Below are positions 35,301 to 48,576 of a stretch of DNA of 64,000 bases, in pieces. Every line of letters starts with the position of its first letter. The first letter of the stretch is position 1. The translations under genes and the position numbers were made by a program. Source of the DNA: Marsupella aquatica (Eukaryota > Plantae > Marchantiophyta); contig OZ316897.1 in assembly GCA_973895155.1 (NCBI GenBank), positions 20,401,224 through 20,465,223 on the forward strand. The letters run 5' to 3'. Below the pieces are notes generated by a model. That model was given only the letters and a program-made list of their open reading frames with translations. It ran no database searches and was not told the origin of the DNA.

Positions 35301-38300
35301 AGCCTACATTTTGAAATCGACGTGAATCATTCTGGAATGATAACACCGGTATTTGATATAGTTGATTTGCACCAACTTAGCTGTGGTATTTTATTTTTGA
35401 GCGTAGCTACGATATGAACAGCTTCTTTTTGCTGTCAAGGCAGGTATTCTCTCACGAGGACGGCATAAAATCTGCAGTCAAGGAAGCCTTCAAAACCTTG
35501 TATCTCAACGGCACACCATCTGAAGTGGCCTCGAATCTTATTAATCTGACTCTGGAGGCTAGTCTTGGAGACCTTGCATCCATTGAAGAGCTTGTTAGTA
35601 CAAGCATGTCCAAAAGAGAGATTTCGGCTGGCACGGTACATATTCACTTGAGCCTTTCCGAGAATTCAAATTATTTACAAACTTGATGATGGCTCCAAAC
35701 GGAAAGAACAAACAGAGAGTGTCGCTCTCTAATCGTCTCGTTGACATTATGGCTTGCAGGTGTCTTCATTGTGGGACTTCTTCACCTTTAATGCCCAAGG
35801 AAGTAGCGCAGATCAAAGTCGAGCAGCATTGACAGTTTTGTGCATGGCTGCAAAGTCCACTCCACAGATTTTGAGTACTCACTTGCAGAATATTCTGGAC
35901 ATTGGCTTTGGCCGCTGGGCCAAGGATGATGTGCTGTTGGCAAGGAGCGCTTGTATTGCCCTCCAACGTCTTCCCGTAAATGATCGAGCAGGTTTCAGAC
36001 GCAGCCACAAAATATTCAGCATTTTGTCGAGTCTGATTGTCAGGCCTGGACTGTCAGAAGCTTGCTGGTATTCTGCCTCAGAGCAGGCTATAAAGGCTAT
36101 CTATGCGTTGCACCCTGCGCCTGAGAGCTTTTCGTCCCGGCTTTTAGTGAATCTTGCTCAATCTGTTTTCGCAAGTTCGCAGAGGTCTGCCGGCTCTGGC
36201 TTGGGTACCGAAGACGGAGATACTGGCCAACCATGTTATGACTTCTCCTCTGTTTCGGCGGTTGCTGCCAGTCGGTTTCTCTTTGCCGTAGCCCACGTTG
36301 CTCTCACGCATCTTGTTTACATAGAGTCATGCGTGAAATTAGTTCGCAAACAGCGGAATGACAAAGATAAGATAGCTGTCAATCGTGCAGCCGAGGACTC
36401 ACTTGCCGATGTTGGCGTCGCTGCTTCCAAGGTATAGAACCCGGCAAGGTCTTCATATTTAGATACCATTCTCGTTACCAATGGTTTGGCTGTATTAATT
36501 CGTCCCTTTCACATATAGTTGTCTGTGGAGATGTGGTCAGGCAATGGCGGGTTGACATTGATGTATGTCTTCGATCCTCACGATTGCGTTTGACTGTTTG
36601 CTTTGATCAGGATGAAGACATCGCTGCAGAATTGGGGCTAGCTGCATCTGAGGATGCAACGCTCGATGACTTAGCAGAGCAAGCAGAGACGCAAATTATA
36701 AGTGGTGACATGGCACAAACGTTTCCTGTGTGTGCAATCGCTCCTGTGGTTTCCATACTTTGTTCAAATTTTACACTGATGCAACAGGTAAGGACTGATT
36801 CCACCCAATGCCTTGTACTGAATCGCCCTCGTTATCTCCATGTTAAGTTTGGATGTTCATGCTCTGAACCAGCTGGTGTCCAAACAATTAGATTGATCCT
36901 TATAGGAGAGAAAATTAGGAGTTGTCATTCCTCGGTCTTGTGATCATGTTAACCCTCTTTCCCACGTTGATAATGATTCTTCAGTTCCAGGAACACCATT
37001 TGGAGTTCTGAATGCCGTGAATTGCTTTAGCTCGTGCTTTAATGATTGGATATTTGTAGTTTTTAGTTTTTGGTTCCGTATTTGTTTCCCTAATTATCAA
37101 TTTCGATTGCTACCTTCGACATGGGATGGTGCTACTATCGTCAATCTTCTACTCACAGAAAGCTCGTGGAGGTAAGCCTATGCTTATTGATATTAAGCTT
37201 CTTATTTCTCCAGCTTAATCTATCGATCACTGACCCGCTTGTTTTGTGCTTGTAGAATCAACATTTACGGTCATCTGCGTTGCTCGCTCTGTGCAAGTTG
37301 ATGGTGATTGATGCAAATTTTTGGTGAGCAACGCACTCTGTAGATAGGCCGCTCAAAGTTCGATTATAATTCATATAGGCATGTAACTCCTGATTTATTT
37401 GACACACAGCGTTCCATTCACCCGCTTCAACGTGGTGCAATTGTTGTAAACCGATATGAACAAGTTGTCAGAGCATCATATTGGACACTGTTTTAACATT
37501 CTTGTCACTGGCTGCGCCAGTGAAAAACATTTGCAACTCCTTTTTACGGTTGCTCAGAATTCACTCGAAGATTCTGTTCGCTCCAATTGTGTGGTTGCTC
37601 TCGGTGATCTTGCACTTAGGTTCCCAAATCTTGTGGAACCTTGGATGGAATCCATGTATGCTCGAGTTCATGATAAATCGTCAGCAGTACGCAAGAACAC
37701 AGTCCTTGTACTCAGTCATCTCATTCTCAATGATTTGATCAAGGTTGGAATCTCTTCCCGTACCTTACACATAAGTGATGAAGTCATCTGTCCATTGCAC
37801 GATCTTGATAGCATTTACAACGAATAAGTTCTTGTTGTGACGTCTACGCGATCTGCTTCTGTTGGTATTGGTGTAGGTGAAAGGTTACATCAGTGAGATG
37901 GCGATGCACGTAGAGGATGAAGATTCTCGAATCTCAGATTTAGTGAAGCTGTTCTTCCATGAGCTATCTAAGAAGGGTTTGTTCCAATTTTCTCTTGTCC
38001 ACATAGAGTGCCAAAACGTCTTTTTAGCGTTTGCCATCGTTTCCGATTATAATCATGTATTTGCCATAATTCCATGTAAAGAGGCCGCTCATAGTGTGGT
38101 CTGTCCCCCTGGGTTCCTGAGAAGGACCGGAATCTGTCCCCCAAGTGAAGTATAATGCTTGTGATGCAGGTAACAACCCCATAAATAATCTACTTCCTGA
38201 CATTGTGAGCCGCCTATCCGGCCATCCTGCTCTTCCTCAAGAACAATTCAACCTAGTAATGGAATTCCTGATTAGTACAATAAAGAAGGTATGTTCCATC

Positions 38301-41300
38301 CAGTTCGAACCACTGTCAGATTCGTGACCCTCGGTAGATTGAGGCGTTTTATAAGCACTTTCAGGTGGGCAAAGGCTGTCACTGCATGTCATTCGCACGC
38401 ACATAGTTCAACTTATTTCTCATTAAGAAGTTCCGAATGCACTTTGCTACCTTCCGCACTATCATCTGGAGCAACAGTTTCTATTTCAGAATCCTCGTAC
38501 TCAGCATTGGTTTCGGATATGTGTAACAGAGCAAGCAAATGGAGGGACTCATCGAAAAGTTTTGCAATCGCTTCTTAGGAACTTCCGGTACGTCTCATGT
38601 CCCGACTACATTGTTTCTAATTGTCGTACGTCGGCGGAAATGTCCTAATGCTGGTGATATGGTCGTTGAGATGAACAACGAAGGTTCAGGTCCTCTCATT
38701 TGATTTAAGAATTCTATGAGGTATTTGAGTTAGATCTAACGTCAGTGAATATCGATGGTAACTGCAGACAAGCTGTGTCGTGACAAGTGGTTTGTAATTA
38801 AGAGCAAACTGTAATTGAGGGCAAACCAAATGACGATTCCTCTAATTGCCTTGGCCTGTCCCATGGATGTGCTTCAGAATAGGAAAACTTACGTCCATAT
38901 AATATCACATGCGTTGAAGTTGTCTTTGCATGTTCTACTCGCTTGGGACTAGGCTGCAAATTCTAATTTATATATAGGAGATTATTGACTTTGAATTCAA
39001 AGTCGTTTAGGCAACCAATCCAGACCAGGAATTTATGGTGCGATGCTGTCAACGCAGAGACAAGACAATGGCAGGATATTGCGTACTGCCTCTGTCAATT
39101 AAGTTATCCGCTGAGTTGCGTGAAAAAACTAGCAGACAACTTCAAACTATATCAACATGCTCTTGGGGATATTGGAGTGGTTGGTCATTTCAAGTCATTG
39201 ATTGCAAAGGTTCTGTTCTACTTCCCTTGCAATTTGCAGTTCAATTTGCTTTCCACCGAATGGACATGGCTAGCGTGCTTCAAGTGTCAGCTGCACTAAT
39301 ACCTATTGACAATTTCCTGAAACTCATTTCATCGGCCATATTTGGTGTGAGACCGAGCGTGCGTCAAGCGAATGAGCACACGTCATCTTCAGTCTTTCAA
39401 ACTCAAACCGAGTACCTGTTAGAATAAAATGCTGGACTGACAGTGAAGCCCTTCCATGCAGACAAGGAAACTTGCGGCAGCAGATGTCAAGCTTTTGTTA
39501 GACGAAATTGAAGAAAAGATTATAAATTGCCACAATGAGAAGAGGGAACAGGAAGAAGCTATGAAAAAAGCTCAGGAGCATCATTTGTGGCAGAAGGAAC
39601 AGCAAGAAGCTCTGCTAGCTCAATCCCTTGGCGAATTGAACCTTGGCAGGCCTGCTTCTGAAGGTGCCGAATTGGAGACACAGACTGACGAGGAAGTTAG
39701 TGTTCTGGACGTGGAACAACGGGAGGCCACAAATATGGAGACACCAACCATTGTTGCTGGAACACAGGAACCAACCGAACAAAATGCTTCAATTGGGATT
39801 CAAAACAACGATGTGGAAGGAGACGATGACCATCCTACAGGTGCCGAATTGGAGACTCAGACTGAAGAGGAAGCTAGTGTTGTGGACCTCCAACAAACGG
39901 AGTCCACAATTATGGAGACAGCTACCATGTTTGGTGTGAAACAGGAACCAATTGAACGAAATGCTTCAATTGGGATTCAAAACAACGATTCGGAAGGAGA
40001 CGATGACTGTCATACAGGTACCGTAAAATTCTGGCACAATGGACGCTTGGAAACATTCCTTTGACAGCATGAATTATGAATTGGATACGTTCGTTCTCAA
40101 TCCGACTCGATATCTGGCCGACTGAAAGTCGGCGGTATCAAGGCACAGCTCACCCCGTAGTTTAGTGAAATATAGTGTTTCCTCTCGGTTTTTCGCATCC
40201 TGAAACAGACCTTAAGGAATCTCCGGAAGACCTTTCTCACAACACCACATGGTCTTCCTGTGGGATTTAGGGAGGCTTTCTTATGTCGTAGGTTGTAGAG
40301 CTGAGTTTCTCCCCAACCCCACCCCCTATCGCCCTGGGGCCTTTTCCCCCAAAAATATGAGGAACAATGTGAACAAATATTAGTGACATCTAGATCTTCA
40401 ACCGGACATTGGACCCAACGAACTCTATTAGGCCATCCTGGAGCCAGCAAAGACTATAGTAAACTTTACAGTGTCTAATTATCCGCGTCTGTGTGCAGAA
40501 ATTGATGCAACCACGTCCATATCAGTCGAAGCTGAACGGGAAGCGGGTTGTGGTGTTGAGCAAATTGTAGATGAAATTGGGAACAGGGTAGCACAAAACG
40601 TGGGTGAAAATGTTGAGTATGGAGACTCCGGAGAAGTACACGAAACAGATTCAACGATTTCTAAGGGTCGGAGTCTGTTACTTGCCCAGGGGTTCAGTGC
40701 TATGAGGATAACTGAAATAGACAGCCCTGAAGAGGATACCGGTGGAACTCAACCATATCCTTATATGGATCTCGACTTGGAGAGTGCATCGACGCAGAAT
40801 CCGCCTGAGTCCGCAAGTAGTGACGTAAAACAAGAGAGAGATCCAGAGAACGATGGAATACAGTGCAATTTCAAGGAAAATCCTTATGCAGGAGGTTACA
40901 CAAGTGACCACAGCCAGATGACGAGCAGCCCCTTCATCCCAGCTCCACCGTCCCTGGAATCACCGCAGGCTGCCAGGACGAGCACGCGTCGAAGACTACG
41001 AAAGGTGGGTAAAGTGATGAAGTGACATTAATGTTGATTTTTTCAAACCTCCCGTCCTGTATCCAAACCGACAATAATCTGTCAATATTTCATTCACCTC
41101 CAGCTCCTTCTCTGAAATCTTGAGTGTATCTGTGCAGTTTTCGTCGGCTCCAACTCAATTTGTTTCAAATTTCACTTCATTCGTCTGCTCCTCCGCAAGT
41201 AACTTTTACAACTCTTGTGTCATGGACGATGCGCTGACCATGCCAATTCGAATTGTTTGTTAACCAGGTTGGTGTCTCTGCGAAAACAAGGAAATCGTTT

Positions 41301-41387
41301 CCTGCGGTTAAAGAAGAACGTGCTCCTCTACATGAACGAATTTCTGGCCAATCCAGAGTCCTTCGACCCCACAACGAGAAGGATTAG
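32346..41387 (+). CDS. CAP-D2: Condensin I non-SMC HEAT subunit CAP-D2 (Cnd1), about 17 exons. Last exon probably 41268-41387; alternative stop at 41025
   Basis: Starts MAPKFRVP. Motifs LDGKSYKMRN, ERSRDISAHTRKHVLQTW, GRLEDNAAIVRKNAVQLL, LLEYNPFG, LCKLMVIDANFCEKHLQLLFT, VRSNCVVALGDLALRFPNLVEPW, LILNDLIKVKGYISEMA, NLLPDIVSRLS, WQDIAYCL, on GT-AG-flanked exons. Confidence 0.93.
39663..40019 (+). repeat. In-frame 177-bp (59-aa) tandem duplication within a CAP-D2 C-terminal exon
   Basis: GAELETQT.EE.SV.D..Q.E.T.MET......QEP.E.NASIGIQNND.EGDDD..T occurs twice, starting at 39663 and 39840. Confidence 0.93.
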
Positions 41388-43038
41388 ATGTAGAATAGTT
41401 CAAGTAGCTGGGAGATCACGCTCATATTTGCCACTTTCACACACGCAGCGCTTCAAAGGCAAAGAAGTCATGCTGATGTGCACCTTTTATAAAACCTCAA
41501 GGCCTTCAGACAAGCCCTGATTAACTGTAGGTCCAGCAAATGTTGCACGCGTACTCCAAAGTGGGAAACGTCCGGGATCTTTAGCCCTGAGAAGTGCAGT
41601 TTCTGAATTTTTTGAATGTACATCTTTTGAGTCTGTCGCGACCAACAAATCCACCAGGGCTTGTAGAAGTAATTTGGAGTAGGGCAGGAGCTTTTCAATT
41701 TCTCCTAATGAGTGAGCTGATGTCACTCACAACTTGGGAAAGTCGTTCAGCAGGTGTAATTTGGAAAAGATTTCGTGGTCAGTGGATTACCAAGGTGTCC
41801 GTGTCTTCGAGTCTCAGAGAAAGGCATCGGCTCATTCGTTCCTTAGAGCCTTAGAGAAAGACATGGCCTGACTGGTCGTTGGCAACTCCTGGAGGGGTCA
41901 CAAATCACATCGCTCGAATGTCACGATATATGCTTCTTACGGTATATGCGACCTGCTAGATATGGGAAATCCAGTCTTGAACCGTTTGTATTGTCCCAGC
42001 CCACTGTATATCGCCAACCCTCCTCGAGCATGGGAACACCATTTCTCTCCGCAGATCAATCAATTTCTCTACTCGGATTCATAAACGTACTCTTCTTAAA
42101 TCATCTACCACAGAAGGCACTTCTCTCATCACTAGGCTGGCTAGAATTTTCGTCATCAGCTAAATCATCGAAACATGGCATTTTCATATTCGTATCCAGT
42201 CAGTGTCCGATTTCCGTCGGCTGCAAAACCCTACAAAGAACTCCTCCCTGACCCATTCTTTTCATTTCGTCAGCAATTTTCGAGCGGAGTTGTTATTGAC
42301 TGTTGTTGTGAACTTCCAAATATCCCTGTGAGTTCCCTCTAGTGCTGTGAATCTTGTCTGTGGTGGATTCTGAGAACTCCTTCGTTGGTTTACTCTTGCA
42401 CTCATTGACGCGGGGATGATGACTGAGAACCGAGAAGGAAGAGGGCGAGAAAGAACGAGAGCGATGAGCTGCACTGGCATGATGACTGTGGGCGAGCTGA
42501 GACCGAGAAAGGGTGCGAGAAAGAACGAGAACTCTGAGGGATTGAAGGAATAGCTGAGCACGGAACTGATTCAACGGGTTCAGTGGTTGTTCCACTAGAA
42601 TGTAGAGTTCAAATCAGGAGAAGGGCCCTCAGGTTGGATGAAGAGATGAATCTGAATACAAAGCACGTACATGTGTGTGCGGTCGAAACATAGTCGAAAT
42701 TGGAGAGCTCAGTCTATTGTTAACTAGCAAAGTGATGCGTATTATTTTCTGAGCTCAATGCTAACTATCTCTACGAAGACAGATCGCGCATATATGCTCT
42801 CTGCTGCGAAATACTTCTGCTAAATAATAAAATGCGTGGAATGACTTGACCACTGTTTCCTATTTAAGCTGCTTCTCAATGCATTTAGATCCGATTTAGA
42901 TATCAGCTGAAGCTCTCGTGGTCTGCATTAGTTCATGTAAACACAACTTTCTCAATGGCCGGTTATATGACAGCATCTTAAATTCATATCTCAATATCTT
43001 AGCTTGATATCTCACTATATGATTGGCTTAACGCACGA

Positions 43039-44097
43039 TCAAGTACTGCCTAGAGCAACTCCTGCCGGCTGCAACAGGAGAAATAAAGGCCCCGCCAGCA
43101 CAGAATCCTCCGTGGGCGCTCCTTCTTGGTCCGCAATGATGGCGATTATGATTCCCTTATTCTCAAATACCTCCGGTATCACCACCGAGCTGGTCGACTG
43201 ATCGAATGGCACGCTGATGCTCTTCACCCCGTGGAAGAAGACTGCATAGTACTTCGCATCCGGGTTGAAGGAAGGCACATGCGATGGGCTCTTGTACGTG
43301 AATGTCATTGTGGAACCAGGGACCAAGACCTTGTTGCTGTTAGCCAGCTGAGGAAGATTCTGTCGCGGACTGGGATACAACGGATTCGCTGCGGGACACG
43401 ACCCGGGGACGACGAATTGGTTGGTAACCTCTAGGATCTGATTCACGTACGGGTAGACGGTGTCGGCTGGGCCGGAGAAAGGATTATCACTCCAGACATC
43501 GATCAGGCCCCATGCCAGATGCCGGGATTCCACCTCCCCGAGGCTCACAATGGCGGCCTTCGTGGGGTTCAACTTCGCCTGCAGGATAAGGGCTGAGAGG
43601 AACGCCATGCTCACGACCTCGACCACGGTTTGGGTCACGAGGTACGTCGTGACATCGGTTCCGAAGGCGTAGTTGTACTTGCAGGGCCCGGGCTTCAAAG
43701 AGGTGCTCGAGATTGAATCCTGGAAGATGAGGAGGTGGCCGGCCTCGTTGTCTCGGATCTCCGCGATGCGCTCAAACGTCGTGGGCTTGAAACCGGCATT
43801 CGTGAAGTCGGACGCCGTGAAGGTTTCCACTCCCTGCTGGTAGAAGTTGAACACAATCCACTCTGCGCTGAGAAGGTTTTGGAACAAGAGATCGTCCGCG
43901 CCTGGTGGGCCGAAGGCCGTTGGGGAAATGGGCTCGCTATTGTTGGCAGGGAATGGGGGAGCGGTGCCATTGTAGGTGCTGTAGACAGTGCTCTCGCCGG
44001 GAATGAATCCGGGTGCGTTCGCAAGTGAGCTTGGTACCAAATAGACCATCAGCAGAGCTAAGGTAGCCACCACAGCCGCGCGCTCGAAAGATGCCAT
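43039..44097 (-). CDS. Secreted ferritin-like domain protein (Ferritin_2 / fungal Rds1-like), 352 aa, intronless, copy A
   Basis: Signal peptide (ending LLMVYLVPSSLA). Four-helix diiron pattern LLSAEW..FY, IRDNEAGH, VEVVS, EVESRH. C-terminal beta-rich region YAVFFHG...VLAGP. Confidence 0.88.
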   Translation of the reverse strand: MASFERAAVVATLALLMVYLVPSSLANAPGFIPGESTVYSTYNGTAPPFPANNSEPISPTAFGPPGADDLLFQNLLSAEWIVFNFYQQGVETFTASDFTNAGFKPTTFERIAEIRDNEAGHLLIFQDSISSTSLKPGPCKYNYAFGTDVTTYLVTQTVVEVVSMAFLSALILQAKLNPTKAAIVSLGEVESRHLAWGLIDVWSDNPFSGPADTVYPYVNQILEVTNQFVVPGSCPAANPLYPSPRQNLPQLANSNKVLVPGSTMTFTYKSPSHVPSFNPDAKYYAVFFHGVKSISVPFDQSTSSVVIPEVFENKGIIIAIIADQEGAPTEDSVLAGPLFLLLQPAGVALGST

Positions 44098-44218
44098 CGA
44101 GATCTATCTTAAAGAAAATTGTCCGAGCTCGACAAGCAGGGAATGTTTTGAGATGGGATAACGTCAGAGATCCGCAAAGAACAATGTGACTGATACTATG
44201 AATCGGACGATGAGTTGA

Positions 44219-44277
44219 ATTTATAGTATTTGTGTTCTGTAAAGCTGACTACTCTAAGGAGGTGATGCGGGACGTGG
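44219..44277 (-). promoter_or_regulatory. TATA box and ABRE/G-box core upstream of ferritin-like copy A, conserved in copy B at 49761-49819
   Basis: Minus-strand TATAAAT at 44225-44219 and ACGTGG at 44272-44277. The same arrangement occurs at 49761-49767 and 49814-49819. Confidence 0.5.
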
Positions 44278-45694
44278 GTGTGTACGTATAAGTTCGACGC
44301 GCAACCCTTCAGTCAAATTCCAGGCTGCAGTTGAGAGCAGACCTTCTCAGAAGGTGGTTTGGGCAGTCGGTCAGCTACGCTGCTATATATCCAAGAAGCT
44401 GCGTTTGGGCAGCCGGAATGCTCTACCTAGTAGAATTTCCCCTCTCGTAGAGTCGATCGAGGTAGTTGGGATGCAATGTGTACGATCATGCTTCACGATG
44501 ATTGAAGCCCGGACGTCAGAAGGTGAGTCAAAAAGTGTTTCAAATGCCCAATAGAAAGACGCAATTAATTGATACTTTAATTACCCATCAATCGCTTCTG
44601 TACGATTTTGACGATTTTGACGATTTTGTGCTTTCTGAGCAAGTATTGTTGGACCCGGGTACTGGGGTAGGGACCGGGACTCGGGATCGAGGGGGGAAGA
44701 CAGTCGATTTTCTTAACTTGATTGATCCTAGACTGAGGCGTTCGAGGCAACGACAAGAAAGACTGTCAAGTTCAGTATCACCATGATCTCTCTGTAAAGA
44801 AGGTGAGCAAAGCACTCCAACTCACGGCACTGGTGAATTGGAGAGATATATCGACTTCCCGATTTCCACCAGGTCAATTTTTAAGGTCACAGGGCCTTCG
44901 TATGTCACCCGACGGTTTTTGACGACGTCATGCAGTTTCCTTCTCATCGGTCAGGCAATTGTTTTTCTTTTAAATCTCCTAAACCTGTAGAGAAAAGAAA
45001 GGACATATGACCAGTAGCGACTGACTATTCGATTTAAACTGGATTTCCGGCCATTTAGCTCTATTCTGATGTAGTACGTTCCTTTTCAGAGGAAGAGTTG
45101 AGATGTGCGTTGAAAAGTAGCGAAGGGAAGGTCCGTCACATACATGAGTGTATAGAAGCTATAATTAGTTTCGTGGACCCCTTGATTAATTGATAGCCTA
45201 GTTATCACAAACAGTTTTCAAAATCAGGCATTTTTGGTACATGCTACCAAATTCTTAAGTTATTAGAATCAAAATTCAATTTGTGATATTTGTAATTAAA
45301 TGAATGTCTGAGCAATGAATTGTTTCAGTTAGTTGAGTGTTCAAGTTAGGACCATGGCTAATAGTTTACCTTAATTACAAAGGGGGGAAAATCTTATTCC
45401 AGGTGCCAATTATCCTTTGATAAGTAAATTATTAAGTTAATTATTAATCATTATTTATTATATAAAAAATATTTTTTATAAATCTTTAAATTTAAGTTTT
45501 AAAATTGGAAATGTAACTAAAAAACAATTACATAGTGACAAGTTTTAATCGTCTTGCTATTTACATTTCTAATTTTTTACTTTTTTTTTACGATATGATA
45601 TACCAAAATTTACACTCAAATTGACACAAACACGAATGAAAACTAAAGTTTGATTCACAAAATTGATGAGTCTTGTTTGTTGTTAATGTGACAC

Positions 45695-45812
45695 GCTGTG
45701 GTGCCAGGAATTTTGGAAGGAACCTCTAGTGGGGTCGGTAAAAAGTGTTAACGTGGCACAATGTGGTGCCAAGAATTTTGAAAAGAACCTCTAGTGGGGT
45801 CCATAAAAAGTG
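45695..45812. repeat. Direct repeat of about 50 bp, two copies about 65 bp apart, in the AT-rich TE-like spacer
   Basis: TGTGGTGCCA.GAATTTTG.AA.GAACCTCTAGTGGGGTC..TAAAAAGTG occurs twice. Confidence 0.8.
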
Positions 45813-47559
45813 CTCATGTACATTTTGTGATGTTTCCCCAGTCAATAGAAATATTTATGTACACATATGTAATGTGATGTGTGCACGACGTCTAAGAGCG
45901 ATTCCACTCAGTTATATAGTGGACATAGTTTCCCCCCCCTCTCAAAAATCAAGTAAATAACCCACCCACCCATGTCAAGTATTTACCAAGACCTTGTGAA
46001 GAACAGTCATACAAAAATTTGCCCCAGAAAGATATATTACAAATGAATTAGTTTGTGGACCTTGTGTCTGACCAATTTTTTTGGAGTAATGAACTTACAG
46101 CATATACAGAAATTGCTCCAACAGATCTAACTTCTTTTAAAATATAAATATGTACAGTGATTATGTCCCAAGCTTGGCAGCACCATTCAAAATATGAGCC
46201 CAAAAATGACTCGAGATGATAAAGTAATGACTGAAAACTCTTTTGATGCAACTCAAGATGGTGATGGACCTCAGTAGCACAGAGAATAGCACCATGAAAA
46301 ATTGAAAAGAGCAATATACAAACAATGTACCCACCTTCACGATTAATCATTGACATTTATTAGATTGCATCCACCTAAGTATCTCAGAAATTTGGGTGCT
46401 TATCTGTGCCATTAGTGTTTTGACCATTTGTTGTTACAAACATTTTTACTCTTACAGGTCTAACCAATGTTGGTCAAACAGAGGCTGTCTTCTTTGTACA
46501 TTGCCGCAAACAATCATAGTTTTGGTGTATTCTTGCAACATAGATGTCCTTATTTGTGATCAATATGTATGTTGATATGGCAAAACTTGGAGCTAGGGAA
46601 TTTGCAAAGGACTTCTTAATGGGTTGGTAAAGAAAACTGGGAAACCTCATCATTCTCATTTCCTCCAAAAGCAAAGAAACTCAGTCTGTGACACTCTCAT
46701 GCCCATGCAAATGTTAAGAGTAGGGCGTCTCAAATCTTTGAAGTTGTGGACAATGACCATAAGTTTTTCACAGAGTTGTACAGAAAAGTTTTTTTTTCCA
46801 TTACCTCTACAGCGACTTATGGCATGGGCATATGACCAATCTCCCTCATATATCCCCTGTTTCACGTCTCATCTCCCTAAAGCCCCTCCACCCCTTCATT
46901 TGCCCAGTTATCCCCAGGTGCAAAGCTACAAAGGGATGACTTGAGAACTCAGAGTTGACACCGGGATGGGGAGGGAGGCTCCTTGTCAATCCCTTATCGG
47001 ATGATGAAAAAGAAGGACAATTCTTGTCTCTACCTAAATCATACAATGGCGACAATGAAGGGTCATTGCAACGTGCAAGTAAAGAGTACAAATTTTCCTA
47101 GCATGAGCAAAAATTTACTCACAAGACCCCTGATTTTTCTATATCCAACTACCTGGCTAACAAGAACTTGTTGGTAACATACATTCTAGTGAAGTAGTAT
47201 ACAGTCGTTGCTGAGCTCAACTCTCAGACATGTTTTGGCCGTTCCAAGATTCAAATTTGGTTCGCGAGCTGAACAAATAACTCAGATCCCTCTCCCTCGA
47301 CGAGCAGATCGTCCACAAATGGAATTATAATTATAGCAGTTTTACGTGAGTGCTCCGAAGAAAAGGAACAAAATACACGTTTGCCCCAACACCTTTAACA
47401 GCGCTATTTGAGGTACAAATTTGGATCGACTATATACGTTTGCAGCCTATTGATCTAAGAAAAGAGAATCTCCTCGTACCATGCTCTGGGGCTTTGACGA
47501 AGACCATACATTGACTTATGATGCTTAGTACACAAGAAGTCCTCCTGTCATGCAGAAAG

Positions 47560-47900
47560 CGGGGAGCCAGCTTGCATCAGAAAGATTGTCTGTGTGAGAA
47601 TCCCTTTGAGGAACGACATCACAACATCCACATGAGTTAGTGACCAGCCGAGAGCTGCTGCCCTGGAAAAGATGTGCCTCACAGTCGACCACCGGCCACA
47701 CTTTGAAGAGACCCTCGCGTTGGTCGTGATCGAGACGGTCGCCCTCTCGTTGTTCATTTCCATTTTGCTCTGGCTTGCACTTTGTGTTCCAGCATGATCA
47801 ATGTTTCCCACTTTGTCGATCTCCTCTCCAGGAGGAAGATTAACGAATTTCCCAGGTTTTATTCTTGTCATGGGCATTCATTTCGAGCTGCATTGCATTG
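47560..47900 (-). mobile_element. Degenerate Copia reverse transcriptase fragment
   Basis: NKTWEI/VNLPPG and STVRHIFSRAAALGWSLTHVDVVMSFLKGILTQTIFLMQ match the Copia RT pattern TIR..LA.AA...W...HMDV..AFL.G.L...IYM.Q. Confidence 0.75.
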
Positions 47901-48576
47901 ACCCGTCTCTTATACGCCAAAGCCGTCATAAGCTGAATGCTTATAGAGCAATCACTATATTAGAGAATTATTTAGCTTTCAGAAATCCTAGCATCCTCTG
48001 TGAAATACTGGCTTGTAGTACATAGTAACTACCAGATTTAAAATGGAGTTCAAGCCGTTCAGCTCTGTTCTGATGCAGTAAGTACGTACCTTTCCACAGG
48101 AAGAGTTACAGTTCCGTGACATCGTTGAGTATAAAAAGAAGCGAGAAAAAGCGCTCATATTAGTATTTTCCGCAGTCAATAGTCACACTTGATGTCGTGC
48201 TAGAAGTCTAAGAGAAATTCCACCCCTCTTCCACACTAGGGAGTCGGGACTAGCTGGATCGTCAGATCTATCTGACGAGTGGCCAAAATTCTCATTTCCT
48301 CACGGCGGCGTCATTAATCTAGCTAGTGAACGATGGACAACATGACTTGTGACTACTAATATACGAAGAACTCTGTCATGACGAAAACTTTAGTCGGGAC
48401 TTTAGTCCGATTTAGATATCAGCTGAAGCTCTCGTGGGCGACCTTAGTTTCATATAAAGATACATATATCTCAATGGCGCTCTCACGACACAATCTAAGT
48501 TTCATAAGTCAACTGCTTAACACACCCTCTTAGTTCACATCTCAAGGGTTTTAACACACCATCAGCTATATGTGAG

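Larger units (their letters stand above)
42890..44947. repeat. About 2.1-kb duplication, copy A (copy B at about 48406-50507)
   Basis: Shared left anchor TCCGATTTAGATATCAGCTGAAGCTCTCGTGG, the whole CDS and about 850 bp of upstream sequence to GACGACGT.ATGCAGTTTCCT.CTCAT. Confidence 0.93.

Noticed and set aside
41480-42600. Minus-strand gene or pseudogene downstream of CAP-D2
   Set aside because: CT-rich leader and short ORFs, but repeated stops and no identifiable domain or coherent splice model.
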